Part shown: piece after piece, positions 59,080 through 64,000 of the stretch | Position numbering within the stretch: position 1 is the first letter of the stretch | Layout: each line of letters starts with the position of its first letter | Source: a bacterium | GTDB lineage: Bacteria > Electryoneota > RPQS01 | Assembly (NCBI GenBank): GCA_016703065.1 | Contig: JADJCU010000002.1 | Span: 142,797-206,796, forward strand | Reading direction: 5' to 3' | Length of the DNA stretch: 64,000 nt | Made by a program: the position numbers and the translations under genes | The notes under the pieces: generated by a model | The model's input: only the letters and a program-made list of their open reading frames with translations | Database searches by the model: none | What the model was told of the DNA's origin: nothing

Positions 59080-59852
59080 CTCGCGCGCTGATTCACGCCC
59101 TGCGAGAACGGCGCGACAGTTTTGAAGCGCCCGATGGCCGACGGTATTCCCGGCAGGACATGCAAGCGCGTTTACGCGAACTTATTGCTGCGGATCTTAT
59201 CGTGATGCGCACGTGTTCGCTGTCGGCGGCGATTGTCGTGGCTGCGCCGCACGTGAGTTTTGACAATTGGACTCAGTATTACGCGAATCGGGTAGCGCCG
59301 GCATTGCAGGCGGGCGAAGTTCTCGCGCGCAACTTTCGCGATGAGGACGGCAGCAAGATTCCGGTGTCGATCGGTCGACATCTTCACGTCAATCGTCCGA
59401 CTGAATCAGAGCGGCGGGGAGGACGGGAATTTGAATCGGATCGCGCCCGGGCGGTGCATGCGGACTACATTGGCGCGCTTGTTCAAGCGGGAGGAAAGGC
59501 TCCGCTTGATCTGCTGATAGAACTTCACGGACATCATCGGCACACGGTACTCGAAGCCGCAACGACCGGAATATCAGAGGCGGAGGCCCGAGTAATCTTA
59601 GACGCGTATCGCGCGGCGACAGGCAATCAGACAGGGAGCCCCGAGCTGCACATTGAACCATTGCATGAGTTGCGGTATGCAGCGCGTTCAGCGAAAGAGT
59701 TGGGTTCACTGCGAGACAGCGTCTGTCGACGCGCCCTGCACCTTGAGTTGCCGCGTCAATGCCGGGACACCGCAGCGAATCGCGAGGCATTTCAACCGAT
59801 CCTCACCGAGTGGCTGCGGAGCTGCATGACCATGTTTGAGATGGCGGCGTGA
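59061..59852 (+). CDS. Hypothetical protein (weak resemblance to N-formylglutamate amidohydrolase-type zinc hydrolases)
   Basis: 263-aa ORF. His/Asp-rich segments (PHVSFD, HLHVNRP, LIELHGHH). Assignment not secure. Confidence 0.35.
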   Translation: MDDDALTRALIHALRERRDSFEAPDGRRYSRQDMQARLRELIAADLIVMRTCSLSAAIVVAAPHVSFDNWTQYYANRVAPALQAGEVLARNFRDEDGSKIPVSIGRHLHVNRPTESERRGGREFESDRARAVHADYIGALVQAGGKAPLDLLIELHGHHRHTVLEAATTGISEAEARVILDAYRAATGNQTGSPELHIEPLHELRYAARSAKELGSLRDSVCRRALHLELPRQCRDTAANREAFQPILTEWLRSCMTMFEMAA

Positions 59853-59881
59853 GTGTGCCTTTCGCATTGCCGTTGGCAACC

Positions 59882-61149
59882 ATGTCGAGCGGGGCACCGC
59901 CTGAGTTGTTTTGGGCGATCCCGTTTGTGCTCGTGCTGGCGCAGATTGCGGTCTGCCGTTGGTCGCGCCGCAAGTTTGGGAGAAGTACTATCCGTGGTTG
60001 ACGCTTCCGCTGGGCGTCGTAGTCGCTGCGTACTATTTCTTTGGCAGGCATGCCTCGGAGCAGTTGCTGCACGTCGGTCATGAGTATGTCTCGTTTATCG
60101 CGCTGATCGGCTCTCTGTACGTGGTGTCGGGCGGAATTCTGGTGGCGATGACCGGGCGATTGACACCGCATCAGAATTTGTACATTCTTGGAATTGGGGC
60201 GGTACTGGCAAACATTGTGGGTACGACGGGCGCATCGATGATTCTGATTCGTCCGTTCATGCGCGGCAATGCTTGGCGCTTCAATAAGTACCACGTCGCA
60301 TTTTTTATTTTTATTGTGTCGAATTGCGGCGGCGCCCTGACGCCAATCGGCGATCCGCCGCTGTTTCTCGGCTATTTGCGCGGCGTACCGTTCTTCTGGG
60401 TGTTCGGGGCGCTGTGGTACAAATGGCTAATCGCCACAGTGATTCTGCTTGTTCTTTTCTATATTGTTGACAAACGCGAGTACGACCGACATTCCGAAGG
60501 GGAGCACGTCGCCGCAGAACTTGAAGACCGTTTTCGCGTGCGCGGCTTGATAAACGTCGTCTTTCTGGCCGTCATTATTGGGGCCGCATTTGTGCAAACG
60601 CCGGTCATGCTTCGCGAGGCGCTGATGGTTGGCGCGGCGGTGGCCTCGTATTTTTTGTCATCGAAGCACATTCACGAGCGCAACAATTTCAACTTCCATC
60701 CCGTGCGTGAGGTCGCGATTCTGTTCCTGGCGATCTTTGCCACGATGATGCCCGCGCTGGACTGGCTTGCGCACAACGCGAGTGCCTTGGGGATCGAGAC
60801 AGCGACGCAGTTCTACTTCCTGACCGGCGGACTGTCGGCAGTGCTGGACAACGCGCCGACGTATTTGAACTTTTTGACCACAGGTATGGGTCTGCACGGT
60901 CTCGATGTAGGCAATTCCAAGGATGTGATGACGTTTGCGCTGGAACATCCGGACCTGTTGCGTACGATCTCCATCTCGGCGGTGTTTTTTGGAGCGATGA
61001 CGTATATCGGCAACGGCCCGAACTTCATGTGCAAGTCTATTGTAGAGCATGAGAAACTGCCTACTCCGACGTTTGTCGAGTACATTTACAAGTACGCATT
61101 GCCGTATCTCCTTCCCGTACTGCTCGTGACATGGTTTATGGTCATTTGA
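59882..61149 (+). CDS. ArsB/NhaD-superfamily permease (putative Na+/H+ antiporter-type), N-terminus frame-disrupted
   Basis: The 412-aa polytopic ORF runs from 59911. Upstream ATG 59882 encodes MSSGAPPELFWAIPFVLVLAQIAV in another frame, and this joins naturally to LPLVAPQVWEKYYPWLTL. That implies a 1-nt deletion near 59953. Confidence 0.65.
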
Positions 61150-61718
61150 AAGGCCTGGGTACAGTGCTGGCGCTGGTTCTTTTGAGCGCCGGCTGTGACT
61201 TGTTTGATACCCGGACTCCGGAGACGCCGGAAGGTCCGCAGGGGACCTGGTCGACGCCGCTCGAGAGCACGGACGTCCTGAGCAATTTGTCGTCGGCATT
61301 GTTCGAGCGGAATACGTCAAACTACATGCGTTCTTTCTATTCTGACAGCTTTGTGTTTGTCGCGGATCCTCAGGTGTTGCAGCAGCAGCCGGACATGGTC
61401 GGCTGGGACTACGCCGCTGAAGGGCAGTTTATTGACCAGCTGTTTGGCGAGGGCGTGCTGCCGCAGGATCGAAGCGCGTTTGTGGTGTTCAGCAACATTC
61501 GACCGACAGGCAGCACGGACACCGCAGAAGTCACAGTGGACTATGAGCTTACTGCTCCGATTTCCTTGGCGGGAGCGCCCGGCACGATGTCCGGCCAAGC
61601 GGTGTTTTCAATGCGCATCGGTGATCAGGGTTATTGGGAGATCGACCGTTGGATAGACAGCCGTACAGGCGAACTTTCGTCGTGGAGCGATCTCAAAGCG
61701 CTGCTCTCGCTGCGTTGA
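61131..61718 (+). CDS. Hypothetical lipoprotein
   Basis: 195 aa with a signal peptide plus the lipobox LVLLSAGC. Paralogous to the next ORF. Confidence 0.6.
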   Translation: MVYGHLKGLGTVLALVLLSAGCDLFDTRTPETPEGPQGTWSTPLESTDVLSNLSSALFERNTSNYMRSFYSDSFVFVADPQVLQQQPDMVGWDYAAEGQFIDQLFGEGVLPQDRSAFVVFSNIRPTGSTDTAEVTVDYELTAPISLAGAPGTMSGQAVFSMRIGDQGYWEIDRWIDSRTGELSSWSDLKALLSLR

Positions 61719-62182
61719 TCCTGAGCCTATGGCTGTGCGGCTGCGCGAATCCGTTCGCTCCGGCGTTGCGCGGCGATGCGGGAACGATTTGGTCGGACGC
61801 GCAGACCGTGGGCGGATTGCTCGAGAATTTTGTGACCGCGTACGAGCTGAAGGATTCGCTCAGTTACGCCGAGCTGTTGGATGAGACATTTCAGTTCAGC
61901 TATTTCGACGTGGACTTGCAGCGGCAGGACGGATGGTTTCGCGAAACGGATTTGCGTTCAACTGCGCGTTTGTTTCGCGCGTATGATCGAATATCGTTGA
62001 TCTGGGCGGGCATACCGGCGGAGACGCTGGCATTGTCAACACAGGACAGTGTGATTGAATTCCGCGCCCAGTATCAGCTTGTGTTGGATAACGTCTCTCC
62101 ATTATTGGGGTTTGCCCGGTTTACGGTGATCAAACCCGCAGACAATCGGTTTCGAGTCCTGTTTTGGCAGGATGAATTCTAA
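61682..62182 (+). CDS. Hypothetical lipoprotein (paralogue of the preceding gene)
   Basis: GTG 61682 gives (M)ERSQSAALAALILSLWLCGC. Both proteins end in a similar ...W(EIDR/QDEF) context. Confidence 0.5.
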   Translation: MERSQSAALAALILSLWLCGCANPFAPALRGDAGTIWSDAQTVGGLLENFVTAYELKDSLSYAELLDETFQFSYFDVDLQRQDGWFRETDLRSTARLFRAYDRISLIWAGIPAETLALSTQDSVIEFRAQYQLVLDNVSPLLGFARFTVIKPADNRFRVLFWQDEF

Positions 62183-62203
62183 ATCATATTTGAAAGGTAA
62201 ATC

Positions 62204-63391
62204 GTGCTGACGTCCCGCGTATCACGCCTGACGATCTCCCAAACGTTGGCCATCGTCGAGAAGGTTCGGACCTTGCAGAAGCAGGGGAAGACCATATATG
62301 ACTTGTCGGTAGGCGAGCCGGATCATCCGTCACCCGCCGCAGTCAAGCAGGCCGGCCACCAGGCGATAGATGAGAATTTTACGAAGTACACCGCTGCGGC
62401 GGGAATAATTGAGTTGCGCGAAGCGATCGTGGCGAAGTTGAAGCGCGACAATGATCTTGAGTACTCACCAAAGCAAATTGTGGTGGGGAACGGAGCGAAG
62501 CACATTCTTGCGAGTGCGCTGCTGGCGTTGGTAGAGCCGGGGGACGAAGTGATCGTTCCAGAGCCGTGCTGGCTATCCTACCCGGAGTTAGTGTGGTTGG
62601 CCGGCGGAGAAGTCGTCTTTGCACCAACGAAGGTCGAAGACGGCTTTCACTTGAAGGCGGAGGTGCTTGATCGGTTGATTACTCCGCGCACGAAGGTGGT
62701 GATGCTCAACAGTCCGTGCAATCCCACGGGAGCGGTGTTGGGCGAGAGCGAGATGGAGGCGCTAGCCGAGGTGCTGCGCCGACATCGCGCCTATGTGATT
62801 TCGGATGAAATTTACGAATACCTGCGCTTTGACGGGCGACAGCATGTGAGCCCGGCGCACTTCCCCGGAATGCACGAGCGGACCGTTGTCGTGAATGGCG
62901 TATCGAAAAGTTATGCGATGACGGGCTGGCGCATTGGTTACGGCGCCGCTCCGCAGGAGATTGCGGACGGAATCGCCAAGATTCAGAGTCAGATGACCTC
63001 ATCACCTTGTTCGATTTCCCAGAAGGCGGCGCTCGCCGGACTCAGCAGCGGGTTAGACTATCCGGAGATGATGAATCGCGACTTCTCACGTCGGCGCGAC
63101 ATCTGCCATGACGGTTTGAAGAGTGTGAAGGGAGTTAACATTCCGCGTCCGGAGGGCGCGTTCTATGCATTCCCGCAGATTCCGGGTATGATTGGCGGTA
63201 CGGTCAAAGGGCAGCCGCTGAAGGATTCGATGGGATTCGTTGACTACCTTTTGACTGGGTATCAGGTGTCCGTGGTGCCGGGCACGGCCTTTCGCGCTCC
63301 CGATTGTATCAGGTTGTCGTTCGCTTCATCCGACGAGATTGTTCAAGAAGCTGTGAAGCGAATCGCAGCGGCCGTCGCAGATATCAAGTAG
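62204..63391 (+). CDS. Class-I PLP-dependent aminotransferase (aspartate/aromatic type)
   Basis: 395 aa. Motifs LSVGEPD, NSPCNPTGAV and the PLP-lysine context SKSYAMTGWRIGY. Confidence 0.85.
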   Translation: MLTSRVSRLTISQTLAIVEKVRTLQKQGKTIYDLSVGEPDHPSPAAVKQAGHQAIDENFTKYTAAAGIIELREAIVAKLKRDNDLEYSPKQIVVGNGAKHILASALLALVEPGDEVIVPEPCWLSYPELVWLAGGEVVFAPTKVEDGFHLKAEVLDRLITPRTKVVMLNSPCNPTGAVLGESEMEALAEVLRRHRAYVISDEIYEYLRFDGRQHVSPAHFPGMHERTVVVNGVSKSYAMTGWRIGYGAAPQEIADGIAKIQSQMTSSPCSISQKAALAGLSSGLDYPEMMNRDFSRRRDICHDGLKSVKGVNIPRPEGAFYAFPQIPGMIGGTVKGQPLKDSMGFVDYLLTGYQVSVVPGTAFRAPDCIRLSFASSDEIVQEAVKRIAAAVADIK

Positions 63392-63407
63392 CCCGACTCC
63401 CCTCAAG

Positions 63408-63683
63408 ATGCCAACGTACGAATACGTCTGCCAGAATAGTCATGAGTTCGAAGAGTTCCAGAGTATGCTCGATCCTGCGATAGAGGTGTGTCCGCTGTGC
63501 GGCGCTCCTGCGGAGCGCCGGATTTCGGGTGGTACTGGGTTGATTTTTCGCGGCTCCGGCTTCTACATCACGGACTACGTCAAAAAATCCGGCGAGGGCA
63601 AGAGTGCATCGGCCAAGAGTTCGACTGTAGAGACGAAGTCGACGAGCAGCGGTTCATCGTCAGGTTCAGAAGGGTCGTCATGA
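63408..63683 (+). CDS. FmdB-family zinc-ribbon protein
   Basis: MPTYEYVCQNSHEFEEFQSM......CPLCGAPAERRIS is the CxxC...CxxC putative regulatory zinc ribbon. Ser-rich tail. Confidence 0.85.
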   Translation: MPTYEYVCQNSHEFEEFQSMLDPAIEVCPLCGAPAERRISGGTGLIFRGSGFYITDYVKKSGEGKSASAKSSTVETKSTSSGSSSGSEGSS

Positions 63684-64000
63684 TACTGTTCGATCGTTAC
63701 GCCAAGCTGAAGAAGCAGGCTCCCAATGCCATAGTGCATTCAGGGCAGAAGCAGTTGCTCGCGCACTTGAGCGGGACGCTGCGGAAGAACGATCTTCCGG
63801 AGTTAATCGTGGAACCGACATCGGTTGAGGACTTGCAAGCTGTTGTGCGGTTCGCGGCGGAGAAGGAGATGCGCGTAGCGCTGGCGTGCGGTCAGTCGCC
63901 GACAGCTGTGGCGGAGCTTGAAGGAGCGATGCTGATCTTGACGCACCGCCTGGCCGGGCCGTCACAGTTGTCGAAGGATGGTCTGGGCTTGTGGGTATAC
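63680..64000 (+). CDS. FAD-binding (PCMH-type) oxidase subunit, GlcE/GlcD-like, 3'-truncated by window end
   Basis: Not in the ORF track because it has no stop. My translation from ATG 63680 (ATGA overlap) is MILFDRYAKL...LIVEPTSVEDLQAVVRFAAEKEMRVALACGQSP...MLILTHRL, and the frame stays open to the window end. Confidence 0.5.
   Translation, partial: MILFDRYAKLKKQAPNAIVHSGQKQLLAHLSGTLRKNDLPELIVEPTSVEDLQAVVRFAAEKEMRVALACGQSPTAVAELEGAMLILTHRLAGPSQLSKDGLGLWVY

Overview
High-GC bacterial sequence, probably from a metagenome assembly. Five secreted proteins end in T9SS-type C-terminal sorting domains (...YPNPFNP..T.I.F...LLLK), a signature of the FCB group and allied candidate phyla.

Layout:
- 1-6 kb: one T9SS cargo gene, a frame-disrupted metH, and ltaE.
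- 6.4-24.4 kb: the outstanding feature. Two convergent operons hold eight multiheme c-type cytochrome genes with 94 canonical CxxCH motifs by my hand count.
  - Plus operon: a NapC/NirT-anchored 17-heme protein, an HTH gene, a 9-heme PKD-lipoprotein, then a beta-barrel, a 9-heme periplasmic cytochrome and a lipoprotein cytochrome, in the same order as Geobacter ombB-omaB-omcB.
  - Minus operon: a tetraheme cytochrome, a Tat-type FeS protein, an NrfD-like membrane protein, an unannotated 41-aa TM ORF, a 13-heme cytochrome, and two paralogous proteins that each fuse 17 c-type hemes to a cytochrome-b domain (CbcL-like).
  - The operons are separated by a nested tandem array of perfect palindromes and an AT-rich island carrying two back-to-back near-consensus sigma70 promoters with no ORF.
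- 24.9-46.5 kb: a secretome block with Cys-rich/vWA T9SS cargo, two tandem ~1300-aa S8 subtilases, an alpha/beta hydrolase and a CBM-like cargo, interspersed with NmrA, thioredoxin, a TlpA-like redoxin and trpG/pabA.
- 46.6-64 kb: ordinary housekeeping genes, including an L,D-transpeptidase operon, TetR, hrcA-grpE-dnaJ, comEA-like, rsmD, Nudix, a permease, aspC-like and an FmdB zinc ribbon.

Caveat: at least seven frame disruptions hit conserved genes (metH x4, a T9SS cargo, rsmD, a permease). Several sit at short homopolymers, so consensus indel error is at least as likely as true pseudogenisation.

All calls rest on reading the sequence and the supplied translations. No database search was run.
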